A DNA stretch of 64,000 bases, taken from Paraspadella gotoi (lineage: Eukaryota > Animalia > Chaetognatha). The notes below the pieces were generated by a model that was not told the origin of the DNA, did no database searches, and was given only the letters and a program-made list of their open reading frames with translations. Both the position numbers and the translations under genes were made by a program. The stretch spans positions 10,622,766 through 10,686,765 of the forward strand of contig CM119270.1 of NCBI GenBank assembly GCA_051294375.1, in the 5' to 3' direction. Of the stretch, positions 1 through 27,780 are shown in pieces; positions within the stretch are counted from its first letter, which is position 1; each line of letters opens with the position of its first letter.

Positions 1-610
1 GATCACCTCATCTTTTTGTTTCCCTCGAAATTTTATTTTTATTCTTTTTTTTTTCTTTCCCCCATTTTTTTTCTCCGAACTTTTTCATTTCGTTTTTTTT
101 CTTTCATTCAGACAAAAACGATAACAGATGTGAAAATTTTTTAGCGGAAAAAAGTTTTTAGGGAAAGAAAATGAAAAAAAGTAGAATCGACCATCGAAAA
201 AAAAAAAGAAAAAAGTTAAACTTAAAGAGGGAAAAATGAGTTTTTTTTCTGCGACAGACGAACGGAGGAGAAAAAGGGAGAAAAAGAGAAATGAGCATCA
301 GGCAAACATGATGATTGGAGTCGGCAAGTGGCAAGCGTTAAAGACTTGGGGCGGATGTGAACAAGGAGGCATATTTGATTTCGTTTTAAGTTCAAAGCGA
401 CTAAAAAGGCTTTAAATTTGTTAAAATTTCGATCTACAAAATAAAACAATATAATGTGCTAGTTATAAGATTTTTGGCAACGATTAACTCACGTCTCCCC
501 ATCTCATGTCACCTCACCGCATCTCTATCGTATTTGTGAGATTTTATTCGAGTTCGTTGTAATTCCCTATTTCCGGCGAAAAATTGTTTAAAATTATTTA
601 GAAGTTATTT

Positions 611-752
<142 letters not shown>

Positions 753-981
753 CCTTCATCTCTATTTTTTACAGGGTTTAGAGAGGAAAACACTTTTTTT
801 CCGTCATCCTCCAGGTTCTCTAAGTCGAGGATCCGTGTCAAATTCGTAATCCGTTGAGTAAAAATAGAGACAGAGTGCGAGATTCGCGGCCCCTGCAGCA
901 TGCGCAGTGGAATTCTCTGCTGCATTTTGCAGCATTCGTCGTGGTCCCTATCTTTTTTCTCACCTTTGCGATAAAAAATGA

Positions 982-1021
<40 letters not shown>

Positions 1022-1217
1022 ATTTTCTTCCATTTCTTCTAAGAAGCAAACGTCTTCTTTTTGTGTCATTTTCTCTCTTTCCACTTTTTTTTCTTTTCTT
1101 ATTTTCTTTTTATTTTCTTTCACTAATCCTTTGTTTCCCTGAGTTTGAATCTCGGCTTTCCGACACGGTGGTCTTCGATCGTATTTCTTTTTCACCTATT
1201 CCTTCTTTCTTTAATCT

Positions 1218-1313
<96 letters not shown>

Positions 1314-2332
1314 TCTCTCTCCCTCTCTCCCGCTCTTTTTAACTTTGTCACCAAGGAATTCAAAACGGAGTCTGGTTGCTAAGGAAGTCAGAGGTCGTTG
1401 CTATGGAATTCACGAAGGTGGAATTTGAGATGCAGATTAGAAAAAAAAAAGTCCTCAATGAAAAGATGATTTTGTCTTTTGGTTTCATCCTTCGGATTCC
1501 AACAGACGGTGACGATGAGACGACGACGACGACGACGACGATGACGACGACGACGAAAGAAATGACGATGTTTTCCGTTTTTTTAAAACTCAATAGGGAT
1601 TTGATCTACGTTAAAAAATGATCACATCTGCGTTTAATTATTATTAATTTATAAACATTTTATTTATAAATCATACAAGGCGAGTCAATGTTGTTACAAA
1701 TTGTTATCTTCGCCGTCGTTCCTTTTGTTCGTCATCGTCGTTTTCGTCGTCGTCGTAATCTTTGTCGTCGCTGCCTTTTTTTTGTGAGCAATCGTGGTGT
1801 TTATAAGGAAGGCTGAGATTAAAGGAGGAGGAGGTGAATGAAAGAAGTTATCAGTCTTTTCATGGGAAAAGGTCGTCGTCGTCGTCGTCGTCGTCGTCGT
1901 ATTGAGATCTTTTAATTTGTGGTGAATCTTCTTTATACATGCGTTAAAAAAAGAAAAAAGAAAAAAAAAAACAAAAAAAACCATCGGGCCACAAAATTTG
2001 GTTAAAAGAACTAAAAACTTTCTATTGGGCTTACGTGAAGCCATCGGCTCGTATTGTTCAGAAGGTCTTAAGTTAAAATGGAATATTAATAATTAGCAAC
2101 TATGACAGCAATTCTTGAGCTACTTAAACTACTTCGGCTGTCAGGTATTTCAAACATCTTTGATATCTACATCAATCTATCTTCCTAGGCTGAAGAAAGC
2201 TTGCACATTGAGTGATGTCAAAATGATAAAATTTTAGAAAATTAAAATTTAGCATATAAAACATGAAAATAAAACCACTAAAAATACTTTGAAAATTTGA
2301 TTTTTTAATTTTATACAATGGTGAGCACCAGT

Positions 2333-2730
2333 CAGCTATATTTATATTTAGTATTAAGTATATAATAAACTAAAATTTAAAATTGCAAATTTTTATTTTT
2401 AAGATCGGGTTAGGATTCCTTGCAAAAATTTAACATAAGTGTGTCGAATCCCACATAAGAAAGTATAAATTTTTTTAAAAAAATTATTACATTAAGTTGG
2501 TTAAAAATGTAAAAACTATATTTAAGACGCCGATTTTCAATTTCCGGTTTAAAAAAAAAATAGTTTTTTATAATTTTAACCTACTTAATGACATAATTTT
2601 TGAAAAAGATTTATAATTTCTTTTATTAACTTTTAACAATAAATCTGAATCTGTTCTAGAGAATTAAAAAAAAAAATTTTAAAATTTGACATTATATAAG
2701 GGTAGTAGTACTATATACAAAATAAGCTGA
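2333..2730. mobile_element. Degenerate palindromic MITE related to 26316-26934
   Basis: Shared internal palindrome cattaagttgg...cctacttaatg and cagct...agctg ends. Confidence 0.5.
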
Positions 2731-3030
2731 AAAAAAAGAAAAATAACTACAGATTAGTATTGACTAATATGATAGTTTTCAAGATATAACTGCTAAATTT
2801 TGATTCCAAACTTTCACTTCACCTTCAGGAAACTGTTAAGAATTTGCTCATTTTTCTTTATTTACCAAAATTAAGGGACAAAGTAAATTGAATGTAAATG
2901 ACAATAAATGACATTCAAAAGGAAAATAGAAGTTGCTACAAGTTTCACAGAATAGGTAATAATGTATTAAACATTTAGCATCTGTTCCAACTATAAATCA
3001 ATCCGATCTAACATCTATTTCTTCTCACAG

Positions 3031-17577
<14,547 letters not shown>

Positions 17578-17747
17578 AGAGTCGTTATATCGTCATCGTT
17601 ATTTTCGTTTCAATTCACGTTTTTTTTGGTTTTTTTTATGCAAACCTTATTTGTACGACGTAATATTTTATAAACGAAAATCCGTTTTGGTTTTTTTAAT
17701 AGCGCTTCTACTGAAAGTGACTGTTTTCTAAGTGATCAAATTTTTTC

Positions 17748-17753
17748 AATAAA
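17748..17753 (+). terminator. Putative polyadenylation signal AATAAA for castor
   Basis: AATAAA about 170 nt after the TGA at 17575-17577; a second AATAAA lies near 17780. Confidence 0.45.
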
Positions 17754-20299
17754 GCGAGTAATGATAGTGAATGATGAAAAATAAATATTTAAGAAAACTA
17801 ATTGTCTCGTAACTAAATGATGGATTCGAGTTTAAAAATTCATTTGTTAATATTTTAATAGTAAGAGGTAAACAAAGTTAGGGATAAATACATCTATAAA
17901 TACTTAACCTTTAACCAATACAGTGAAGTCCCCGTTTACATACTTCAAAAGTTGAATATTGTAAATGCAAGTAAGTGACGAGGAATAGAGAGACACATTT
18001 TCATTGAATTCTTCATAATCATTAGTTTGCTTACTTATTAATTACATGTTAAATTCACTTCTGATAACAATATTTTTTTAAAAATATGTACCCAAAAATT
18101 ATAATATTTAAACTGTGAAATAATAGTGACATAAGCCAATATCTTTTTTTTTTTAAATTATCAAAATACTGGTCGTCCTAATCATAGATCATTTTTATTT
18201 AACGCAATTACTAAACTCCTAATACATTAAATAAATTAAGTGTACGTTTAATCAAAAACATCGTTAGCATTTAATAAAATAAACTTAACTAACCCGCATA
18301 AGTTAAGTCTAGTTTTTAAGCCCAATTTGGGCAAACATAGGATCTATCATAGTGTTATTATCAACTGTAATTGTATTTATTTGTTAATTCTCTGTTATCC
18401 AGAGGCATGTGTAACAATATGTTTAATAAAGTGAAAGCTACGTTTAAATAGCTGTAATTTTGTCAATTATATACGTTATTAGTCAGCTTTGACAATATTG
18501 GGTCCTAGAATGTAAGAATGTAAGAATGTTCTGGAACATACTGGAATCCCAGAATACCTTTCTGTTTGTTTTAAGGTCGCAATGACAACGGATATAAAAT
18601 TTATATAATATATATTATATAATTACCCACGGTTTATCAATCCGATATTCCATAGAAAAATACGCATTTGTCGAATACGCTTTTTGTTATTATATACTCT
18701 TCTTTGCGTTGAAGGTTAGTGCAGCGCCACCTCCCGTTGGGCGTAAACAAAAGAGTTTCCAAATCTAGTGTAAACTTTTCTCAAGCTTGGGAATGCGACA
18801 GATAAAAAAATATACAAAACAACATCTTAAATGTAAAAAATCCGGTCTGGAATAATATTTAAGGACTCTCCGAGGACCATGGCAGCTTGTACAAGGAGAT
18901 GCAAAAATGGCTACAGCATCCATATGATCTATCCATTGGTCATATTATTGGTGATTAACATCGTTTTATGAGGAAAACGCATATTGTTTTTATTTATGAA
19001 ATAGATTTTATTAGTTAGAAAAGCCCTGACAATTTTTTGTGCTCGTCCTATATGACGACAAGGTCACTTCATATTTGACAGTATAAAATCATTTTTTCCG
19101 GTGGGAGAGAATCTTAATTTTTTTCAATTATTGGAACAAAACTTTGACTTGACTTGCGCTCTTTTTTGATAGTTTCGTACCACCAATGGTCGACCAACAA
19201 ATCAGGAAGTCCTTGACTTTATCTGGCTTATAAAAAATTTACAATAGACCTGCATTGAATAGCAGAGAGTAAAGTTCAATGCAGAAAACCGGAACCTCAG
19301 AGATTTTAAAAATTAGAAAACTTGAAAAAGCGATCCGAACTTTGTCTTCCTACTGTGGGCAAACACCTTGATTTTGCAATAGGATGAGGGTACTCAAAAT
19401 AATTTTCATGACTTGTGATTGTTTGGTCAGGTTAATGAAAATTTTATTCAAATTGGTCACAGAGCTTTTAAAATTATTTTTAGGTCGGTACCCATGGACC
19501 GCCTTGTACATTATTTTTACGTCTTTCTTGTCAAGATTCACTATCAGAAACTTCAAGGGGGAAAAATCATACAAGAAATGTCAGAAGAATCCGACGCCTT
19601 CCGGCGATGAAGACGGACTGGCGCTGACATCTTATTAGTCGGATCTGCTTATCAGCAGATCCTGACTCTATAATAGGGTGGAGTGATGAAAAGATTGAGC
19701 GATGGAACAATGTTTTTTTGCTGCCTTTGTATATGTAATAAATAATAATTAAGCCCTTTTTTTAAAAAAATTTGTATAACAGTATCATTAATTGAATTTT
19801 TTTTATAGTAATATCCTTATAAAATTATAAAATTTCAAAATAATATTTTTTTTAATTTTAAGAACAGTTTCGGATTCCCTAGAAAAAACTGAAAAACTTT
19901 TGTAAAATATGTTACATGATATTTCTAGGTTAAAGCTGCGAAAAAAGACCAAAACGTTTTATCATATAATAGTTTCTACTACAAAGTGTAAAAAAGTGGA
20001 GAATTTGACCTTTTTTTCTTATTTTTGATATTTTTAATAATTTTTAATAACATATTTTATATTTTTGATCTAACTTTTTATAAAGAATCAGAATCTTTAA
20101 TAATAATTTAAAACAATTTTTTTCTTAAAAATTTATTATTTTATAAGGATATTTCTATAAATATATTGTAATATAATGATACTGTTCACCAAACAATATA
20201 AGCAAAATATTTTTTGTACTCCTTAATTATACTATCTCACATCTAAATATCCTTGTTTGTTCACTCAAATAAAATTTATGTTCCCAGTGCTCCAATCTA

Positions 20300-20930
20300 C
20301 TCTATAATTCACTTTGTCGGTCCGTCGGTCCGCCCCCTCAATCTTGTCTGGCATTCACTTATATCATGTCAGAACATCAAATTTTGATAAATTATGCAAA
20401 AAAAATGATTTCCGTCCATCTGTCTGTCTGTCCGTCTGTCTGTCTGGCTGTCTGTCTGTCTGTCTATCTGTCTGTCCATCCGTCTTTCCTACCTTAGCTA
20501 AAAACTCCACAAAACAAAAAACCTGTTTCACTAATTGATTATGCTACTTTTTATTTTTATATTAAATGTAAATACAAGATGTATTAATCAATCAAATAAT
20601 TAATCAGTTAATTAATCAATTATTCAATTAATTAATCAATAATTAACTAATAAGTCAATTAATCAATCAATTAATTTTTCAATCAATCAATTTATTTATT
20701 TACTATTTAATTATTCAATCAATAAATTTATTTATCAATTAAATAATTATTTAATCAATCAATCAATCAATTAATCAATCAATCATCGTCGTCCCAATCA
20801 TCATCGTCATTGCTTTTGTCGTGGTCAGTGACAAAAAGACTTAAAAACAAATATTTCGGATCAAATTAATTAATTAATTAATTACCGCTAATGATCGCGG
20901 GCAGATCCGACCTTGTTTGCTCAAACTTGT
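20300..20930 (+). mobile_element. Helentron-associated (HINE/DINE-1-like) non-autonomous element, copy 1
   Basis: ctataattcactttgtcggtccg head, (GTCT/GTCC)n microsatellite, 3' GCAGATCCGAC subterminal motif (20901) then tgtttgctcaaacttgt; head and tail shared with 23104-24379. Confidence 0.6.
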
Positions 20931-21833
20931 TTTTTTATTTTAATCTTTGTCATCCCAACAACAACAGTGATAAAAGTGTCGACTAAGAATTGATAAAGAA
21001 TATTAGTCTTGCAATGTATTTTAGGTATAACCGTCGCTGCTGGTATTTATTTCTATAAAACAAATTAAGACTTATGAATCAAAATTATACGACGATACGA
21101 TAATGATTCTATGTTATCGAGAAATCGTCAGGATTAAGAACTTCATTCAAAACAAGAATCCCGGCCTCAAGTTTGATTGCGAAAGCGCCATTGCTCTCGC
21201 TGGATTTTCTCTTTCGTTTTTTTATCCTTTCGTTTGAGAAATTATAAAGTACGACAAAAATTTAACTTCGTTTAAGATAGTTTTTTCGTGAATATAACTA
21301 GTATAGCAAAAGTATTCCTATTTTAATCATTTAGCCATATATAGTCCTCTGCAAAAAAATAACAAAAAAAACAAAAAAACGCGCCACTCTATTTCAGACT
21401 TTAAAAATCACCCTATGAACTTGAATTTTTAAAAAAAATTTAAAAGTGATTTAAAGTTTATTAAAAGATGATAAGTTTGGCATAAATTTTATTAAAATCG
21501 GGCCATCCATTTAGGAGCAACGCTAAACAAGAAAAAATCTGATAGATTTAAGACTAATCTTTTTTTTGATATTTTACAATACATGAAGTAGATTAAAAAT
21601 GAAACAAATTACACTGGACATCTGGGGGGATAGCTGGATAACTGGATTGCCCCAGAACCCTAAATAATAATCTTAAGGTTATTAAAACATACAATGAAAG
21701 CTTGGTCCATGATTCTGAAGCTTTTACACGGATTTCAAATGGGAGTTAAATGAAATTATCAAATACTGACAACCAACAATGACAGCATTTTTCATTTTAT
21801 AGTTTTTATAGTTAAAAAAAATCCTTGTAGGTA

Positions 21834-22834
21834 CACGGATTTCAAATCAGAGTGAAATGAAAAGATTTGTTATTACTCTTCACCGACTCAATTTGATTGA
21901 TAATTGATCATTTCATTAGTTAGAAAATTCCTTGACGTTTATGTTCCTATATAACAAATTAAGAATATTTTAAATCATAACAAGTGTGCGCTTGCTTTCC
22001 AGGAGCTTTTTTAGAGAATTCTTATTGTATAATTCAATTTCAAACTTATTGTGAATAAAATTGGGACAAAAATTATAATTTATTTTACATTCATTATTTA
22101 GTAAAATGTCTTGGGAGCATGCAAAAAAAAAAGGTCACAGCCGCTTGCCAGATCAATGAAATTGGTACAATCAATATAAAAATTATCCATACATTTAATA
22201 AATAAGCTGTCTTGCCCCTGACTTTGGACAGGCTTTGGTGGTTTAAGGCCTCTATCACTCTTACAAGATAATGACATAGAAGGTCCCTGCAAGCTTTCAA
22301 TCAAGACTCTCTCACAGTCTCGTTTATTCACTCCCCGAGTACCTGGCTTCCCTATCAATGAAGTGGAAAATATTTTAAAGAATGTTTCAATCGTATGAAA
22401 AGACCACCCAATGTTTTTTTTTTTCAAAGCTGAAATTTTTATTTTCTATATGTTTTAACTATAAAAAATTATCAAATGGAAACGGCTGTTATTGTGGATA
22501 TGAAAAAGTTTTTGACATTCTCATTGCTCAGACACATACTTTAATGTCTATATTTGTAAGATGAACCGAAATTTTCAAACATTTTATTTTTGTTCATAAA
22601 AATATATCTTATAACAGGAAGGTCCTATTCAAATGCCAAAAATAAGCTTTTTTTGAAATTTGACCATGCCATTGATGCACATAATTAAGAAAGTAAGCAA
22701 GCTGGACTACTGGGAGTTGAAAAATATAAAACATCAACGATTTTTTTACCAGGGTGCAAAATCTGAAGTTGCTATAACAAATTATTTTGCCACAGTATTT
22801 GATCCTTTCATTTCACTTCCATTTGAAATCCGTG
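21834..22834. mobile_element. MITE with TA flanks and TIR CACGGATTTCAAATGGGAGTGAAATGAAA (Tc1/mariner-like)
   Basis: TIRs at both ends, TA on both sides; extra TIR copy at 21727; same family in opposite orientation at 31111-31757. Confidence 0.7.
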
Positions 22835-23103
22835 TAAAAGTCGATTTTCCCATTTGGTTTTGGAACACTCAATTTAGAAAAACGTTGCCCCGAAACCTTA
22901 ACAAACAAAAATTCTGTTAAAGAAACACAAAGTTTAAAAGAAAACAAATCATCAATGATTTTTAAATCTATTCTTAGAAAAAAAACGTGAGAGATATGTT
23001 GACGTTTAAATTTTGAATGGGCATTCTTTGTTCACGTCAACGGCGAGCTCATTGGCTTTAATTCTTTTCTTATGCTAAAGCTAAAGTAATCTATATATCC
23101 TTT

Positions 23104-24379
23104 CAGCAGATCCCGATTCTATAATTCACTTTGTCGGTCCGTCGGTCCGCCCCTCAATCTTGTCGGGCATTCACTTATATCATGTCAGAACATCGAATTA
23201 TGATAAATTATGCAAAAAAAAACGATGTCCATCCGTCCGTCCGTCCGTCCGTACCACCTTAGCAAAAAACACCAATTACTCGTGATTGGATGGATGGATT
23301 GGAATTAAATTTTGTGTGTGGGTAGTAGGCCGGAACAGGTTGAAAACTAGAAGTTCTCTCAAATAAATAATGATTAAAAGTGACTGTTAGAGAATATGAA
23401 AATAAAAATAATTTTTAAAAAATTATCTTATTAATAAGCGCACGGGAAGCATTTAAAGATTATTTTATTACTATATAAAGTTAAAATTTTTTTTGAATTT
23501 TTCAATTTTTTTTTAATGGATTCTGATAGAGCTTTAAAAAGTTAGATAAAGGTTATTAATACAAATTTTAAATTTTTTTTGTTATTGATAAAAATTTTAA
23601 AAAACTATAAAATTCAGCCAATGATGATGATGATGATGATTTTTTAATGTTTTTTCTGTTTTTAACCAATTTTTTGTCAAAATTTTAAAAATTGTAGTAC
23701 TAACTTTCATTTAACTTTTCAAGCTCTATAGGAATCCGATCTTAAAAACTAATTTTTTAAAAAAAAAATTTTGTCATTTGTTATATATTAATAAATATTT
23801 AAAAGCTTCAGTGCAACAACCCAATGAACTAATTCAAAAAGTTGCATTGAAAATCGATTCAGTAATAGATTGGAAAAAAGGAATTTTTTTGAGAGAATTA
23901 AAAGTTATAAAAAGTGTTCAATTTTGGCCCGCCTTAGTGGGTAGGGAAGTGTGATTGAGCTGGATATGAAGTTTCGATGGAATCGTCCAGTGGAAATGAG
24001 TTTAAATGGAAAAAAACAAAAAAAATATATTTCACTATTTGAACACTATTTACTAATGAGTGGATGGGGCGATTGACTTGAAATTTTGTATTTGGGTGGA
24101 AAGGTGTGTGATTAAACTGGAAATCAAGTTTCGATGGAATCGTTTGAGTGAAAATGAGTTTAAATGGAAAAAACAAAGAACCTGTTTCACTAATTGATTA
24201 TGCTTCTTTTCTTTTTTATTTTAAATGTAAATGCAAGATGTATTAATTAATCAAATAATTAATTAGTTAATAATCAATTAATTAATCAATAATTAATTAA
24301 TCAGTTAATTAATCAATGAAAATTAATTAATTACCGATAATGATCGTGGGCAGATCCGACATTGTTTGCTCAAACTTGT
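23104..24379 (+). mobile_element. Helentron-associated (HINE/DINE-1-like) non-autonomous element, copy 2
   Basis: Same head, (GTCC)n tract and 3' GCAGATCCGAC (24350) tail as 20300-20930, with a longer interior. Confidence 0.6.
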
Positions 24380-24506
24380 TAAATTAAATTTCGTCATAAT
24401 TCGTGAAACTACTTCACCTAGAGACTGGATTTCGCTTCATATCGGTTTTTTAGTCTGTCGCACGATTTTTAGGTTAAAATTGACGAAATCTAAGTCAAGA
24501 CTTAGA

Positions 24507-24573
<67 letters not shown>

Positions 24574-25267
24574 TTCGCTCTTTCTCTCTCTCGCCGTATA
24601 TCCCTGGGGCTTTCTTTTCTTTCTCAAGTTTTTTTTCCCCCTTTTTTTCCTTTTTTTCTACATTCACTCTCAATGAAAGACGTCTTCTGAGAGATACTTT
24701 TTTTTATAGTAATGGGATTTGGCTTTTTCCCAAAAAACTAACCTACATAATAGTATCGAGTGGTTTCACGTATCCACTTTTACGGGATTTAGATGCCATT
24801 TAGGAGATGCTTTCCAATATATTTTATTCATAATAGATTTACCAAGTTTACCTTGTTATAGAAAAATAACTTATAAACATCAAAATATAATTCATATAAA
24901 TTATGAATGTTACAAGCTATTTTTTCTTTCTCTCTCGCTAGAAATCAAAAATCTTTCCCGTTATTCTGATGTTCTTCAGTCCCTGCGGACTTCGCAAAAA
25001 AACATGTTCACGAATCGAATAAAAAATTAAGTGCTTTATCTGTCATTTTTACATGTACTTGCCTCCTGAAGTTGATTTTTTTAAAGGTTTTTTTTCCCAA
25101 ACCTACTACGTATTTCCAGACGAGACTAATGCACTGTTATACCCGGACTTTCTTTAATTTTTTGTTATACCGGGAAGAAGTGAAAGATTGAACCCCATCA
25201 CTCAGCGATGCATATTTCAATTTTCTCTCTCAGTTAGCGATAATATATTCTCTTAGTAAAGTTATCA

Positions 25268-26144
25268 TGGGAAAAAAAGTTCTCCTGTCAAATAAATTAT
25301 TTTTTTTAAATCGAAATTTATTCGGATATCAGCTGACGGTAATCTTTTTTTTTTTCAAAAATATACCTCGGAAAAGCTTGCTCAACTTTATTTTGTTTAT
25401 AGTGATCAAACTTCGGAAATATTAAAAGAAGTAAAGATCTCAAAAATTAATTTTTAATTCTGACGACCTTTTTGTTCATAGTAAACAAACTTTGGAAATA
25501 TTAAAAGAATTCTTAAAGTAAAGATCTGAAAAATGAACTTTTAATTATGACGACGATTCAAAACATGTTTTTATAAAACGTTATTTTATTATTATTATTA
25601 TTTTATACGTTTTGAATCTAAATAACGTTTTATAAAAACATGTTTTGAATCGTCGTCATAATTAAAAGTTCATTTTTCAGATCTTTACTTTACGAATTCT
25701 TTTAATATTTCGAAAGTTTGTTTACTATGAACAAAATAAAGTTGAAAAAGCCCGTGCACCCCCCCAAAAAAAATCAAAAAAACTACGCTTATATAATTAA
25801 TCTTCCGAGGTATAGTGGACTAAAATCCACCAACCGTTCATCAGTGGCCATTGGTGCCGGAGGCAAGCTTATTCGCCTCCCATCCCAAAGGTCCGGTGTT
25901 CTACCCCGGTGGCCGCCAAGCAGTTAAGAGAGAGGGGCGCTTAACCCGCCTGTAACACGGTATTACAGCCTGATCCGAAGCTCAGGGACTGCTTATATTG
26001 AACGGTTTTGTCACTAACACATAACAATAATTACTGTCTCTTCATAGGTATAGTTTGAAAAAAAAAAAAGATTACTGTCAGCTGATATCCGAATAAATTT
26101 CGATTTAAAAAAAATATTTTCTTTGACAGCAGAACTTTTTCCCA
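25268..26144. mobile_element. Foldback/MITE-like element with ~100-bp terminal inverted repeats and an internal ~115-bp-arm palindrome
   Basis: 25268-25370 is the reverse complement of the 26144-26046 segment (aaatcgaaatttattcggatatcagctgac / gtcagctgatatccgaataaatttcgattt); inner arms 25470-25586 and 25620-25736. Confidence 0.75.
25817..26045 (+). mobile_element. tRNA-derived SINE-like insertion with 9-bp target-site duplication
   Basis: Flanked by AGGTATAGT at 25808-25816 and 26046-26054; tRNA-like head 25844-25917 (GTGGCCA...TGGCCGC acceptor-like stem, B-box-like GTTCTACCC, CTCCCAT loop); 3' body recurs inverted at 42559-42651. Confidence 0.7.
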
Positions 26145-26315
26145 GAGAGACTATTATGGCAACAACAAGGTTGCCAGTGATGCCCATTGGGATGGGGCAA
26201 CTCACTGTTGGCTTTGGGGGCTTACGACCCTCAGTGAAGCCTCCAGTAACTGGCACGGTTACCCGAGGACGGCCTCGCTTTGCCAACGCAGAGGGAAGTC
26301 GTTAGGACTGTGGAT

Positions 26316-26934
26316 TAGAGCGTAGTGAAAGTTACGTACGGAAATTCTAAAAGTCAATTATGATCAACATACCATCAGTGAACATTAATTTGTAAAAAAA
26401 ATTAATTTTATATTTTTTTAATTTTCGCAGTAGGCTATATTTATATATAGTACTATCCTTATAAAATCGAAAAACTTCAAAATAGGCTTTTCTTAATTTT
26501 GATTGCAGATTTGAATTCAGATTTGAATTCAGAAGTTAATATCAGAAAATATAAATTATTTTTAAAAATTCTTTCATTAAGTGGGTTCAAAATTAAAAAA
26601 ACTATATTTAATATATAAAAATTTAATTTTCAGCTTAAAATATAGCTTTCTATAATTTTTGACCCACTTAATGCAGGAATTTTCCAAAAAGAGTTATATT
26701 TCTTTATATCAACTTTTTATGACGAATCCAAATCTGCAAAAAAATCTTTAAAAAAACTGTTTTGAAATTTTAACATTTATTGGATTAGTACTAGTATAAA
26801 TATGGCCTACTGCATAAATTGTAAAATTTATTATAAATTTTTTTTATACATAAATGTTCATTAGTATAATGTTGTTCGTTCCTCACTTTTAGAATTTTAA
26901 TTAAAGTTAAATTTAGAAATTTTACTACGCCTTA
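26316..26934. mobile_element. hAT-like MITE with 8-bp TSD
   Basis: TSD CTGTGGAT at 26308-26315 and 26935-26942; termini TAGAGCGTAGTG / TTACTACGCCTTA; extended internal palindromy (gcagtaggc/gcctactgc, cattaagtggg/cccacttaatg). Confidence 0.75.
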
Positions 26935-27335
26935 CTGTGGATGGAACACAACGCCTGGGATAGTGGGTCCACTGAGCAAATGGGATTGGCTGAACGATGG
27001 TGAACGTGAGGCGGTGTGAATATACCGCCGCACTATCATATTTATTTTTTAATTAGGAAAATATCCTCAGGAATTCTTTAGTTTTTCAAAACTTTTTCTT
27101 TTCTTTTTCTCGAATTTTGTAAACAAATAAGACGGACATCGATATTTTTTTTCTTCACGATGTCAACAGTTTTCTCCAAACTCCAAGATCAATTTTATCT
27201 CAACACAATGACCATTTCAACTATCGGTCATCTTTCCCGCCGACCGCCCCTCGGATGACTCCGCTCAGGCGTTCTTCGCAGCAACATCAGTCGAAACAGC
27301 AAAGCGTTCCGCAGCAGCCACCGCTGTCCCCGCAA

Positions 27336-27715
27336 ATGCCGATGCTGCTGAAGCTGATAATTATAACCTTCGGATTCTATGAAACTTTCTCCGCCGACGT
27401 CAACAGCAACGACGCCGCGGGCCTCACCGACTTTGAAGGCCTCATCCACGTCCTGGACGACCCTTCCTTCTGCCTCGCCCGACAATTGATCCAACCATCT
27501 CGACGAAGCGGTGGCGACCTTCCCGTTCATCTCCATCAGTGCTATGGCATCACCCGGCGCCATTTCGACGCACAGCGATGGAAATTCGACGCCGGATCGG
27601 CGGAAATTCGGCCGGCGTCGAACCCGCGTCTCTGTCTGGCGGCGCCAAAGGCCGAGAGGCTCAAGAACCTCGTCGTAACGCCTTGTGGAACGACGGACAG
27701 AGTCAGGAAGGTTGT

Positions 27716-27780
<65 letters not shown>

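Noticed and set aside
25844-25917. Functional tRNA-Gly(CCC) gene
   Set aside because: Anticodon and D stems pair poorly, and it lies within a TSD-flanked repeat whose body recurs elsewhere; better explained as a SINE head.
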